Positions 13,405 to 26,672 of a stretch of DNA of 64,000 nt are shown here, in pieces (position 1 is the stretch's first letter; the number at the start of each line of letters is the position of its first letter). The notes under the pieces were generated by a model that saw only the letters and a list, made by a program, of their open reading frames with translations, was not told the origin of the DNA and ran no database searches. Made by a program: the position numbers and the translations under genes. Source of the stretch: Octopus vulgaris (lineage: Eukaryota); assembly GCA_951406725.2 (NCBI GenBank), contig OX597825.1:54188001-54252000 (forward strand), given 5' to 3'.

Positions 13405-13830
13405 TGTGTAGTAGGAAGCTCGCTTTGCAACTACATAGTTCGGGTTCAGTCCGACTGCGTGGCAACTTGAGCAAGTGTCTTCTACTATAGCCTTAGGCCG
13501 ACCAAAGCCTTGTGAATGGATTTAGTAGACAGAAACTGAAAGAAGCCCGCCATATATATATATATATATATATATATACGTGTGTGTGTGTATGCGTGCA
13601 TGGGCGCGCGCGTGCGTGTGTGTGTTTGTCTATGTATCTGTGTGTCTGTGTCTGCGCCCCCCCCCCCCATCGCTTGACACCGATGTTGGTGTGTTTATGT
13701 CTCTCCTAACTGAGCGGTTCAGCCAAAGATCCGATAGAATATGTACTAGGCTTACAAAGAATTAGTTCTGGGGTCGATTTCTTCGACTAAAGGCAGTGCC
13801 GCACTTAAATGTCTGAAAAAGTAAAAGAAT
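13405..13830 (+). mobile_element. SINE family A with internal (TA)/(TG) microsatellite
   Basis: gggttcagtccgactgcgtggcaacttgagcaagtgtcttctactatagcc..ggggtcgatttcttcgactaaaggc. Confidence 0.85.
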
Positions 13831-13849
13831 AAAATAATTCATATGTATG

Positions 13850-13889
<40 letters not shown>

Positions 13890-15635
13890 AAAAAAATTAA
13901 TATCTGATGAGTATCTTCCAGATTTCGTCTACGAAGTCTACTCAGAAGGCATTACTCAACCCGAAAAAATAGTAAAAGATATTTGTGCAGTTTTCCACGC
14001 AATGTGACGGAACTTGAAAACATGTGGTTGGAGAAGCAAATTTCTTTGTATACAGCCATGTCTACGGCTATGTTTGTCACTACAGGCGCCTTTTCGTTTT
14101 CAGATATGTGAATTCATTATAACTTGGTGAACTGAAACATGTGGAAAACAAGTGTTCGTATGAGAAATACAAGAAAATATTTTATTCTGGCCTTCATCTC
14201 TTTCCGGAGATAGAAGTTTGTAATCAAAGGCTTTGATGCCATCATAAACACTTGTACATTATATATGTGTTACAATATTAATCAAAATATATTTGTATCT
14301 AAACAGTATTGTATTTATTGTTGATTTATTCACTAATATGGTTCTTATACCATAACTTTAATATACATAGAGGAATGAAAAGTAAAGAAGTTTCTTAGGG
14401 GTTATGGACCTAAATTTTAAAAGTATGGTCATGTGAAAAGTTTAGCATAATGTCTAAAATTTATTAGATATTCTGAAAGGTTCTTATTACTTTAGAAAAA
14501 CTACTTGGTATTTGATGTATGATAATTCAAATAATTTTATGTCTTGTATCTTCAACAATAGACAACTATCAGCCGAAACCTTGTAACTGAAATTCGTTAA
14601 TGAGAATTGTGTACAAGCCGTCAAAAGCATGGAATCACTTATCGTATGTCCACATATATAGAACAACTTAACTACCTCCAAGTACGTATATATAACATGT
14701 TCTAAGCCGGAACAAAAATCCTCGCTTAACTCTAACTGATGACATATGTCAAAGATTCTGCTGATTAACATTTAAGAAGGACCAGTTTAGTGTGTCATTA
14801 TTTTACACTCCTTCGTGAGCACAATGACCTCAAAACAAGTGCCAGGGACATAATTTTATTTGCGAACATAAAATAATATTTCTCAGTATTTATATATATG
14901 GGTTAAGAATGACATAATCAATGGTATTGATTTCAACATGTTAATCACTATTTACAAACAAATCGAATTTAGTATGATCAACGAAAATAGTATTCCATCC
15001 GATGAGCGAAGAATATCGTTTAATAAACATGCTACTTTTTTTTTATGTGCTACTTATAGTTTCATATCCTGAGAACATGACTAACAATGTTTTATAACAG
15101 GTCTGACATCTTGGCACAGTCATCAGGCACAGACCACATCGTATAATGAACTAAAAATGGAATGAGAGAGGAAACGAGAAAGGGTGAGATGGAAGTATAT
15201 AGAAAAAGAAGAAGGATTAAAAAGCGGAACATGAGAAAGTAATCTGAAAGAAACAAAGGGAGAAAAGTGTTATCTCCCTTAGACAGTAAATTATAATGCT
15301 GGAAAAATGGTGGGTTAGAGTTTATGGTACAGTTATTAATCTGATAGAGGAACAGAAAGAATATATATATTTATATATACATTCATGTCCTATATATTGA
15401 TAAAAATGGTTAGACAACAAAAGAATGAAAGAGACCTCGATATTATATATATATATATATATAATAAATATTAGGGAATGAATCCAAAATTACAGGGAAA
15501 AATCAGATTTAGGGTTAAATCCAATTTTATAGTAAAATATTATATAATATAATTCGAGACAAAACCACTATTTTAAAACCAAACAAGGAAAGACTTAATC
15601 AATACATAAAATTTTAATATAAATTAAATAAACCG

Positions 15636-15679
15636 CCACTACAAATGTTTCATGTCTGCTACCGACAATCTTCAGGTGG
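15636..15679 (-). ncRNA. minimal type I hammerhead ribozyme (mirror copy)
   Basis: exact reverse complement of 15735-15778. Confidence 0.8.
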
Positions 15680-15734
15680 ATTTTCGATCTTCTAATCAGT
15701 ATCAAATTTTGAAGTTGATTAGAAGATCGAAAAT

Positions 15735-15778
15735 CCACCTGAAGATTGTCGGTAGCAGACATGAAACATTTGTAGTGG
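15735..15778 (+). ncRNA. minimal type I hammerhead ribozyme
   Basis: ccac-CTGAAGA-t tgtc ggtagca gaca t-GAAAC-attt-GTA-gtgg: stem I ccac/gtgg, stem II tgtc/gaca, short stem III; predicted cleavage after GUA (A15774). Confidence 0.8.
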
Positions 15779-15859
15779 CGGTTTATTTAATTTATATTAA
15801 AATTTTATGTATTGATTAAGTCTTTCCTTGTTTGGTTTTAAAATAGTGGTTTTGTCTCG

Positions 15860-15923
<64 letters not shown>

Positions 15924-16161
15924 CATGTATATAAGTATGTATTAATACGACCGACTGAGTATGGTGGAAACTTCATTTATCACAGATATCGTTTCAGCAT
16001 AAGGGCTAAGGAACGATTTAATGGATTTCAGTGCAACCCGCAGTGTAGAAATACTGGTACACTACTAGGAATATACCCAAAATGAAGTTTGGATGCAAAA
16101 TTTCAAATTTCAAATCTAAGCTTATACATGCATATATACATACATATATACATACATACAT

Positions 16162-16232
<71 letters not shown>

Positions 16233-16425
16233 TATAAACTAACACACATATATGTGAAGTGTTTGAGAGAAACAGAGAGGAGATGAACTGCGTGGGTTTC
16301 TGAGAGAAATGTGAATATTATCTAAGAATCTTTGAATTTCTGTGAATTCTGCAACGATAGATATCAGTAGCTAATTCTAAATGATAGCACAAAAACATTC
16401 AAACAACTATGAATAATTACCATAC

Positions 16426-16521
<96 letters not shown>

Positions 16522-17149
16522 TTATTTATTTATATTTATATCTATATACACATAAAGACATTGAGAGAAAAAGATAGAGAAGGAGACTGAGAAAAGGAGC
16601 TTTTCATCATCTGTCTTTGTCTATTTTCTCATCTCATGAAAGATACAGTCGTCTCCACATCTGTGACACCGCAAAGAAACTAAATGGTGGACAAGCATAC
16701 TAATGGGGAAATTCGGTAAAAATTCCACTGGAAGATATGTTTCATAGAAGAAAAAAAAACTATTTCTGTTTGTTCTTACACCGTATCTAAAAAGATAAAC
16801 TACAATTATATAAGAAATCTTAAGGGCGGTAATTTGCTAGAATCGTCAGAACGACAGAGCAAAAGCGTTGCGACATATATCTATTGGTCTTTAAAACGTA
16901 ATTTCAAATCCTGCCGTGTTCAATTTTCTATTTCGGTCTTCTGAGATCGATTAAATAAATTTCCAGTTAAATACTGGAATCTGTAGAATTTGAAGTTTTC
17001 TCTTTCAAAATGTCACATTTACGCCGCTTCTTTTCTTCTATCTCATGATACACCAGAACTGTTGGACTGCCGTTAGGCTTGGGCACAAACGACCAAAGTA
17101 ACCAAACTATAGATGCATATGTGCATTCTTTTATTCTTGTAGTTGTTTC

Positions 17150-17427
17150 AGTCTCTTTTGCCGAACCGCTAAGTTACAAGGAGGTAAACACACCAACATC
17201 GGTTGTCAAGCGATGGTGGGGAGACAAACACAGACATACAAACAAACACACACATATATATATACGACAGGCTTCTTTTAGTTTCCGTCTACCAAATCCA
17301 CTCACAAGACTTTGGTCGGCCCGAGGCTATAGAAGAAGACACTAGCCCAAGGTGCCTCGCAGTGGGACTGAAGCCGGAACCATGTGATTGGTAAGCAAGT
17401 TACTTACCACACAGCCACACTTGCACC
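17150..17427 (-). mobile_element. SINE family A (3' end missing)
   Basis: ctcttttgccgaaccgctaagttac..gggactgaagccggaaccatgtgattggtaagcaagttacttaccacacagcc. Confidence 0.85.
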
Positions 17428-17461
<34 letters not shown>

Positions 17462-17481
17462 TGTATGTATATATATGTATA

Positions 17482-17527
<46 letters not shown>

Positions 17528-17652
17528 GGTATGTAGAAAAATACAACATGGACAAGACCGTATAACTCTTAGAAGACGACACAATAAACACGGACAGGAC
17601 ATTCGAAACCCTCAGTCTTCAGTCAAGAACCGGATCATCGTAGTAATTTCGG

Positions 17653-17696
<44 letters not shown>

Positions 17697-17701
<5 letters not shown>

Positions 17702-18200
17702 TTCTAAATATCGGGGGGCTCTTGCACGTCAACTGTAAAACAAAATCCTCGTTCCTGGGAGAACTTGCTGCATGCAAGTTCCCAGGATATACATAGGGGA
17801 TGTAGAAATACACACCACAATACGCTGAAGTAGAAAAGAAATGAGCCACAGTGGAGTTGCTGTGTACGTCCCAGATGACCACACGCCCCAGATCATATTC
17901 AAATGCAGAATGTACTCTCATATTCAAATTCAATGGGTGACAAATTGTACATATAAGACAACTTATTATTGTAATATATACTACACATCACCCACCGGAT
18001 GCTCCAAATCATATAGTTAGGTTTGAAGACTGCCTAGCAAAAATAGGGGGAAATCTCACCACACTGGAGCAACACATCAGTGTATTCCTTTTGGGTGACT
18101 TTAACTTCCACAACGTGGGATGTTTATAGGAGCCTTCCAGGAAACGCACACCACCAGCAAGCACAGGCGGAGTCCTCGCTCAAACTTTCCACTTTGTGAT
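17697..18200 (+). mobile_element. CR1/L2-like LINE apurinic-type endonuclease fragment
   Basis: LLNIGGL..HSGVAVYV..HPPDAPNHIVRFEDCLAKIG..SVFLLGDFNFHNV: APE motifs GGVAxYV, YRPP and GDFN, with frameshifts. Confidence 0.75.
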
Positions 18201-18829
18201 CCTTCTTAAGAACAGAAAGCAGAAATGTAAATTGTCCCCCTCATCCTTTCTCCTTCACTTTCAAACAAGCAATAAATTCCATTACACCAGTAATCCAGTT
18301 CACTATTTATCAGCTGATCTGATTCTGCCCATAAGAAAGGAACAAATAATACAATATGACCGTAGATTATAACACCCGAGCATCGTCGGGAAACATTGGT
18401 AATACGTGTGTGTGTGTGTGTGTGTGTGTGTGTATTCAGATTGAATCTTCTATTTGCTAACATGTTGCTCCTTGCGACAATGTAAACTTTCATTTCGTCA
18501 GGATATCCTTGGCATAAAGAGTAGCCTACGGTATGCACCTCGCTTGGATATTCACCACTTGTGAGGTTCCGCTCACTATGAGACATATGTAGCCCAGATC
18601 TTACCTACTCCAATTCTTAACTCTTCTATTCTTATTCACACACCTGGCAACCCTGGTTGCATACCGTGAAATATATAACTAACACTCTTCAGTTTACCGT
18701 ACTTCGATACGAAAAAAATCAACAACTTTCTGTCTCAATAAACGACTATTGACCCTAAAAGCTGTTTTTATATTTACTACGGACTGCTTAAAGCTAGCTT
18801 TCTTCCTACACCTCAATCCCTGGATCTTA

Positions 18830-18890
<61 letters not shown>

Positions 18891-19050
18891 GTGTGTGTGT
18901 GTGTGTGTACACATATATATATGCATATATATACAGAGAGAGACAGACAGACAGACAGGCAAATAGTCACAGCGAGATATATATGTATATTTATATATGT
19001 ACACATATATATCTATATATAGATATGTATGTATATGTGTACATATATCA

Positions 19051-19097
<47 letters not shown>

Positions 19098-20030
19098 TTT
19101 ATATATTACATGTCTATATATTTATGCATATGTGTGTATGTGTGTGTGTGTGCGTGTTTGTGTGTGTGTGTGACGCCCCTCCAGTATGTTTCTGTTTGCC
19201 AACAAATTCACTCATTAGCTTCGGGCTATAATTGAAGACGCTCTCCAAAGCAGCTGAGTGATGGAACTGTAGCCGAGACCATGTACTTCTGAAGTGAATT
19301 ACTTTCCCCATTCCACACGCCCTTACCTCTGTCTGCATTATAAATTATTATTAAACGATAACAGTAGCTTAGGCAGAGAGTTCAAATTATGCCAGGTTAA
19401 ACTATTTATTTCCAAAACATGCAGAGTGTTTACAAAAAAGCACTAGAAGTCTTTCTTATTTATGGCATTTTATTCAAGTAAGAAATCGATATATAGGTGC
19501 AGTATGATTTGAACCTTATCATACAGAGTTAAAAGCCACGGCTGTGCCGAATTTACCGGGTAGTAGAGTTGGTTGGCTGTTCATTCAATTGGTATTAAGC
19601 GTCTTCCTTACAAATACGTGGCTTTTAACCAAATTTAGTAATCGATATAGCAGAGCAATAGAGTGAAAAGACTAAAGGCATTGCAGTCTTTAGTTTCTTC
19701 TCAAAGTTTGAAGGTCACATCCTGCTGAAGGCAACGCTGGTTTAAAAAGCAACTTATGAAAATCATAAGTACGTGTCACGAACTGGGGTGGATTCTATGG
19801 ACTGTAGACCTCTCTTCAAATTCAACTTAATGCAAAATTCCTGCATATGTATATATGCATGCATGTATGTATCTATGCATGAATATATTCATATAGATAT
19901 ATATATATATATATGTTTATATATGTATGTGTGTGTGTGTGTGTGTGTGTGCATAGATATTTACATATATATATATATATATATTTAAAGTATATGGGCC
20001 AATATTGCATTAAAACAATATATGTATATA

Positions 20031-20092
<62 letters not shown>

Positions 20093-20105
20093 TTTATATA
20101 TATAT

Positions 20106-20164
<59 letters not shown>

Positions 20165-20175
20165 TGTAGACAGAG

Positions 20176-20208
<33 letters not shown>

Positions 20209-20801
20209 TAAATACATCGATAGATAGATAGATAGATGCATAATAAGCATATCTTCATGTATACGCATACGTATATATGCACAAATATACGTATGCATAC
20301 ACTCAGACACAGACAGTCATGCAGACACACACATACACACATACATGTCTATATATTTACGTATATTCCTATATATGTAACTGTATATTTGGTGGTTTGT
20401 ATGCATGTATATGATTTTAAGCAAAACTAATTCAGATTCCACTACACTGTAATAGCACGCACGCACACACACATACACAAACACACACACACACAAACAC
20501 ATACATATACACGCAGGCATGATGACACAAACACACCCTCCAATAAGCCCACATACACTACCGGACGAACACATGCCGTACTCTACATATTCTAAAATAA
20601 GGCTGGTGGATTGAGCACTTTTACGACGTATTCAATAAAACATTTGCCAAATGTAAGGCTTTTATTGACAGAATGGCGAACAATACATATAAATTATAGA
20701 TATATGGCGCAGTGTTACAAACTCTTGGTCTGACTTGGTTATTACCTGTCCGATTCGTCTGCCTACATATATGCATATGTACAGGTGTACGTGTGTGTGT
20801 T

Positions 20802-20853
<52 letters not shown>

Positions 20854-21493
20854 GTATATCTACCTATCTCTCTCCGTCTCTCTCTCTCTCTCATATATAT
20901 ATGTATATATATATATATGCACACACACACATATATATGTTGCATAATATATTTAACATGATAATAATCAGGATATTAATACGCTTCTGGGTAGAACAAT
21001 GACAGACGTTTTATGATTTATTTATTGTGTCAAACAACGCAGAAGCGGCCTCTATGTAATCAGACACTTCAACAAAAACACAAATGATACAAATGATTCA
21101 GCAAAAAGTAAATCAGTGCTTTGTATTGAATAACTTCACAGGCACAGATAGATAGAAGATATAGATATAGATAGATAGAGAGAGAGCGAGAGAGCGAGAG
21201 AGAGAGGATGGCGGGAGAATGAGAAGACTGTCAGTCAGGCAGACAGACGTTCGGATATGATACACGCTGGCAGACAGACAAGCAGCGAAGAGAATCAAAG
21301 AATATTGAGGAACAGCCGTTCAATTGAGTGTCCTGCTTATAAACAGCTAACACAATGGTTATTGTTGGTGCATTTGTGATGCTGGAATATATCTAACCTA
21401 AATGGTCTCCGACAATGAGATTGCTTATTGTGAATATACATATATACATATATATACATATATACACATATATATGTCTGTATATATGTAAAT

Positions 21494-21524
<31 letters not shown>

Positions 21525-21934
21525 CATATATATATATATTATATATATGTACATATATATTTATCTGTATACATGTGTGTGTTTGGTGTGTATGTATGTG
21601 TGTGTGTGTGTTTGTGTGTGTATGTGTGTATGTGTGTGTGTGTGTGTGTGTGAACATAAATATGTTGAATAATTTGTCAATTTAGAGTTTTGTATTAATA
21701 TTTTTTAGTGAAATGACACTGACATCATTCCGCAGTAGAATTATGATGCTGTAGATATAGAAAACGTTGCACAGGAGGAAAATCTCCGTTCATCAGTAGT
21801 TTTGTCCTGAAAATCGTTGACATTTAAAAAAAAATAATAAGCCTTGGTTTCATCTAACTTACCGTTTTGTAACTTTGTTTGTGTCTTCTCGCGGTCATTA
21901 TGAATATACAGTATCAGTAAATACCAAATGAGTG

Positions 21935-21978
<44 letters not shown>

Positions 21979-22011
21979 TGATCAAAATAAAAACATGATG
22001 CGAAGGATTCA

Positions 22012-22089
22012 GCGGTACATATGTTTCGGGCCTTTATTAGACAGATTTATAACAATGCATAATGTATGTCTGTGGCCTTCTTCAGCCGC
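22012..22089 (-). ncRNA. type I hammerhead ribozyme with extended stem II
   Basis: minus strand: gcgg-CTGAAGA-aggcc acaga..tctgt..ggccc-GAAAC-atat-GTA-ccgc; stem I gcgg/ccgc, stem II ggcc/ggcc plus acaga/tctgt, palindromic ACATATGT stem III; lies between (TA)n tracts. Confidence 0.82.
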
Positions 22090-22179
22090 GCACAACAGCT
22101 TCCACAAGGACATATATATATATAATGAATACATATATACTTATATGTACATACTTACATCAATACGTATATATATGTA

Positions 22180-22535
22180 TATGTGGGCACAGGACGTCAC
22201 GAAACGTGTACAACAAAAAAGTACGAAGCACGAGTACATGTAACATGCACTCGTTCCATGTTCCATGTACTCGAACAACGAAAGACATAAATAGAAAACA
22301 GAGCAAACAGCATAAGGAATGACTCTTTATCAGTTGTTGCCTGTTTTTCTAGTTTCGTATTTCGAGCATTTATCGATTTCGATAAAACAGTTGCTCCCGC
22401 AAAACAAATTAAATTTGGGATTTTGCGGAGGGTCAAAATTGGTAACAAAAACAGGACGGCGAAAATAAACAGGAAGGGCTGCTAAGCCTAAACGACGTTG
22501 TGGTGGACAAAAGGCAAACAAAACACGTCTTCCTT
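22180..22535 (-). mobile_element. microsatellite-embedded repeat terminus, possibly Penelope-like
   Basis: ends gacgtcctgtgcccacata on the minus strand; a related end (atgtcctgtacccatata) occurs on + at about 41266-41283, also within TA-rich repeats. Confidence 0.4.
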
Positions 22536-22540
22536 GTGTA

Positions 22541-22618
<78 letters not shown>

Positions 22619-22677
22619 TAGACAGACAGACATACAGACAGACAGATAGATATAGATATAGATATAGATATAGATAT

Positions 22678-22720
<43 letters not shown>

Positions 22721-23265
22721 TATTCTTGATACGCTTTGTTATACGACTATTCTAATAATCCGCTTTCACCCTCGATGACTGCAGATGCAGTATATGAATC
22801 ATTGACGTGCTTGCACTAAATGGCCGTTAACATTTCGACCATCACCAGAACAATGGTGCCATTCTTCAATGAAGCTATGTTACGTAGTAGTCCATGGAAT
22901 TTAAAGCCAGGGAGTTTGGGGGCCACAATTTAGTGCTACATGATCCTAAATATATACCATATTGTTATAGTATTAGTCTACAAAGGTAATATTGAATGTT
23001 ATACAGGAATTACAAAGATGTAGGTCATTACGTGACAGCAAGTGTGTAAGTGCATACGTTTATGTATGTAAATATGTGCGTTTACGCGTACATGTGTATG
23101 AGTTTTATAGTGTAGAAGAATATGTTTATGGACGTTTTGCCAAATATGTACGTAGACAGATATAAGAATACTGTCTTTCAAGACAAAATTATCGTAGACA
23201 TAGATTTGATGCATCATTGTTCACACACCATAGATATAAATGCAGCATATATAAGTTTGTATACG

Positions 23266-23314
<49 letters not shown>

Positions 23315-24000
23315 GTGTGTGTGAATGAATGTAATTATCATACACACACATGCATGCGTAGACACACACACACATACATACATACATACATACATACATA
23401 CATACATACATACATACATACATACATACATACATACATACATACATGCATGCATACATACATATATGCGAGCTCATTGAAATTGCAGACATTTCTTTGT
23501 AATGCTTCGCAGGTCAATTCTATGAAACCCAGCAATTAATATAATTAAATGTAATTTAAATTGCTCTAATATATATTCCTGTATATAGTAATTATGACAT
23601 ACTTGATCTGTGATGTATTAGATAATTTGTATAGAATCATTTCTTATTCTTTCCAAAATGTTTAAACATTTTAGTTGCGGCCAAGCTGTGGCAGTGCTAT
23701 GAACTCTAAATTTATTTTTTTCGTTATGCAATAATTATTTGGCAGAAAATTAAGCTTATTACATGTTGAAATAGTCACATAACCTTCCTTTAGATTTCTA
23801 ATTCACATTAAAGAACTATGAACTAATATTATCTATTAACATACAAAGCAGAAATTGCCCGCAGAAACACATAATGAACACAAATAAAAAAAAACTTATT
23901 CAAAAGTGAAGAAGTATCTCATGTTTCGAATGATGCAGAAATACAGAATTATGACGATAACACCGGGGGAATTTCTTGAAGCATTGATTGTATGAATAGA

Positions 24001-24385
24001 CTAGCAGTATCGCCCGGCGTTGCTCAGGTTTGTAAGGGAAATAACTATAAAGCATTTTTAGAGAGTTATAGCCAAAAGATAGCAAAAAAATGGAAAAAAA
24101 ATGATGGTAATTTTTTTTTGAGAGTTAAAAAAGGTCGAGTTGCGTCCCCTAGACAGTCTGTGGTTTGTGTTTCTGATTCTCGACCCCATGTCGAATTTAT
24201 CGATTTTTTTCAGAACTGGGGGAACTTTTCAAAATTTTCGCTGCGTTAGTTTAGAATTATGACATTGGGCTATGTGTGTGTCAAGTTTCATCAGAATCGG
24301 TTGAAAGCCGTGGTCAGGGTGAGGGTACAATCAAACAGACACACAGAAACACACACAGACAAACTGCCGTTTATATAGAGAGAGA
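24001..24385 (-). mobile_element. non-autonomous Helitron
   Basis: minus strand starts A|TCtctctctatataaac and ends with hairpin cctgagcaacgccggg then ..gatactgCTAG|T; inserted between A and T without TSD. Confidence 0.8.
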
Positions 24386-24520
24386 TTAAAGGCAGGTATA
24401 ACATTCATCAGAATGAAATCTTTGGGAGAATGCTTGTGTTCACTGCGCGCTTTATTGTAGGCCGCAAAGAGACACTAATACAATCACCATCGCTGGATTC
24501 ATTTATATATTTACATCTGA

Positions 24521-24722
24521 AGGCGGCGAGCTGGCATAATTGTTAGCACGCGGTATTTCGTCCGTCTTTACGGTCTGAGTTCAAATTCTGCCGAGGTCGA
24601 CTTTACTTTTTAACCCCTTCGGTGTCGATAAAATAACTACCAGTTGGTAGTTTACTAGAGTAAACGTATGCGACTTACTTTTGTCCCGAAGTTGCTGGCT
24701 TTGTCCAAAATTTGAAGCCAAT
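24521..24722 (+). mobile_element. SINE family B
   Basis: aggcggcgagctggcataattgttagcac..ctgagttcaaattctgccgaggtcgac. Confidence 0.85.
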
Positions 24723-25515
24723 ATTCATACATCTGTTAAATATTCTGTGTGTGTGTGTGTGTTGGTTAGTACGTGAAACTCTTTTCATCAGTTGCTTACT
24801 GGTATCACTGCTATCCTGCGGCATCGATTCTTAACTCCATTGATGATGCAGGGAACCGTAATCATTCATAAAAACTCACCCAGCAGAAATGATCTACCTA
24901 CTCCATTTAGGGTAGTTCGAGGAGGAAACATGTTTTAGCTGAACGAAATACAAAATTGCCCTATCTCTTTTCTACAGATCGCATTTTTATTTTCGCATAT
25001 TTTCAACGATATTTTCATTTCACACGCCACATAAAATAGAAAAAAGAAATTTAAATTTTATTAAAAAAATATACATATGCATAACTCTACTTCTACATCT
25101 CGTTTAACTCGAACACTTAATTTTATTAATTACTGTCATCGAAAATTATTACTTTTAATTACAATTACGAACTTTTAGCAGTTGACATGTGCTTTTTAAA
25201 CACATTAATTTATCACTTAGGCCAGTAGAGGTTTACACTTCTGGTGGCATATAAAAAATAAAATGGAAATATATGTAATTTCTATTCTCTTTCTGTATTT
25301 GTAACCATTATGTCATGATTTAAAGGGGCTCGGTTGCAATTTCGGTTCCAACAACTCTAGAAAGGAACCCTCTTTGAGTGTGTAATTCAAACAAGTAATA
25401 ATGCGTGGCGTCGTAGTTTAGTCTGTCCTTGTTAGTTTTTCATTTGAAGGTGTGTTTGCTATGAATGTATTCACGTGTTATTTATGCAGACTTCCATGTT
25501 TTCTCTGAAAGAATA

Positions 25516-25750
25516 ATTTGTTTCTTTACTACCCACAAGGGGCTAAACACAGAGGGGACGAACAAGGACAGACAAACGGATTAAGTCGATTATATCGGCC
25601 CCAGTGCGTAACTGGTACTTAATTTATCGACCCCGAAAGGATGAAAGGGAAAGTCGACCTCAGCGGAATTTGAACTCAGAACGTAACGGCAGACGAAATA
25701 CGGCTACGCATTTCGCCCGGCGTGCTAACGTTTCTGCCAGCTCGCCGCCC
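25516..25750 (-). mobile_element. full-length young SINE family B (tail type 2) with 14-bp TSD
   Basis: TSD tctctgaaagaata at 25502-25515 and 25751-25764. Confidence 0.92.
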
Positions 25751-26096
25751 TCTCTGAAAGAATAGTTAGTAGCTGCAAGTTTTACTTGCACTTTCCTTCA
25801 GCTTTCTTGATTCATTAGCTTCCTTGGATGGTATTATCTTCTTTCTCTCTATGGGATTCAACATTCTGGGTATGTCGACTGTTATCCATTTTTGCTTTTT
25901 GCTTCTATCTTTCGGCAGAAGGTGTGGTAACTCTGAGTATTCTTGAAGTACCGGTGCTTTCTGCCATTTATCTCTCCGTTCACGGTTAGACCAGCTACAC
26001 AAGTGTTACATCAACTTGCTAATATATCTGTCCCTTTTTCTATTATACTGCTTACTCTGAAAATGAGTAAATGATTTTAGTATCCCCTTGGTTATA

Positions 26097-26672
26097 AAGC
26101 AGCGAGCGGGAGGAATCATTAGCATGCTGGGTAAAATGCTTAGCTGCATTTCGTTCGTCTTTACGTTCTCTGGTTCAAATTCCGCATCGGTCGACTTTAG
26201 TTCTCATCTTTTCGGACTCGATAAAATAAGTACCAGTTGAAGAGTGAGTTCGACTTACTTGATTTAACCCCGTCCTACATAAGTGCTGGCTTTGTGCCAA
26301 ACTTTGAAGCCAATATTACCTCGGTTACGAGGCGACGAGCTGGCAAAATCGTCAGCACGCCGGGCAAAAAGTTTAGCAGCATTTCGTTCGTCTTTATGTC
26401 CTGGGTTCAAATTCCGCCGAGGTCGACTTTAGCTCTCATCTTTTCGGACTCGATAAAATAAGTACCAGTTGAAAAGTGAGGTCGACTTACTAGATTTAAC
26501 CTCGTCCCACAAAAGTGCTGGCCTTGCGCCAAACTTTGCACCGAGGTCGACTTTGTCTCTCGTCCGTTTTGTATCAATAAAATGACGAATAGTTGCGTAC
26601 TGGCGGGGGTGAGCTTCGATGGAGTTGACTTATCTTTCCCACGAAATTACTAGCCTTGTGCCAAAGTTTTAA
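26097..26672 (+). mobile_element. head-to-tail array of SINE family B copies (about 26097-26315, 26330-26540, partial 26541-26672)
   Basis: repeated ggttcaaattccgc..ggtcgactttag.tctcatcttttcggactcgataaaataagtaccagttgaa; the first two share private variants, suggesting local duplication. Confidence 0.85.

Larger units (their letters stand above)
15462..15860. repeat. fold-back of a Penelope-like terminal fragment: perfect 145-bp inverted repeat (15554-15698 / 15716-15860), 17-nt spacer, flanked by (TA)n
   Basis: tcgagacaaaaccactattttaaaacc..gatcttctaatca versus tgattagaagatc..ggttttaaaatagtggttttgtctcga; no mismatch seen. Penelope assignment is inferred from the hammerhead motif. Confidence 0.9.

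Noticed and set aside
17525-17656. TA-embedded island with minus-strand CTGAAGA..GAAT-GTC
   Set aside because: Probably a repeat terminus, but GAAAC is absent and stems I/II cannot be drawn, so it is not called a ribozyme
26097-26672. CRISPR-like or satellite array
   Set aside because: Units are ~230-bp SINE copies; eukaryotic context and no spacer structure
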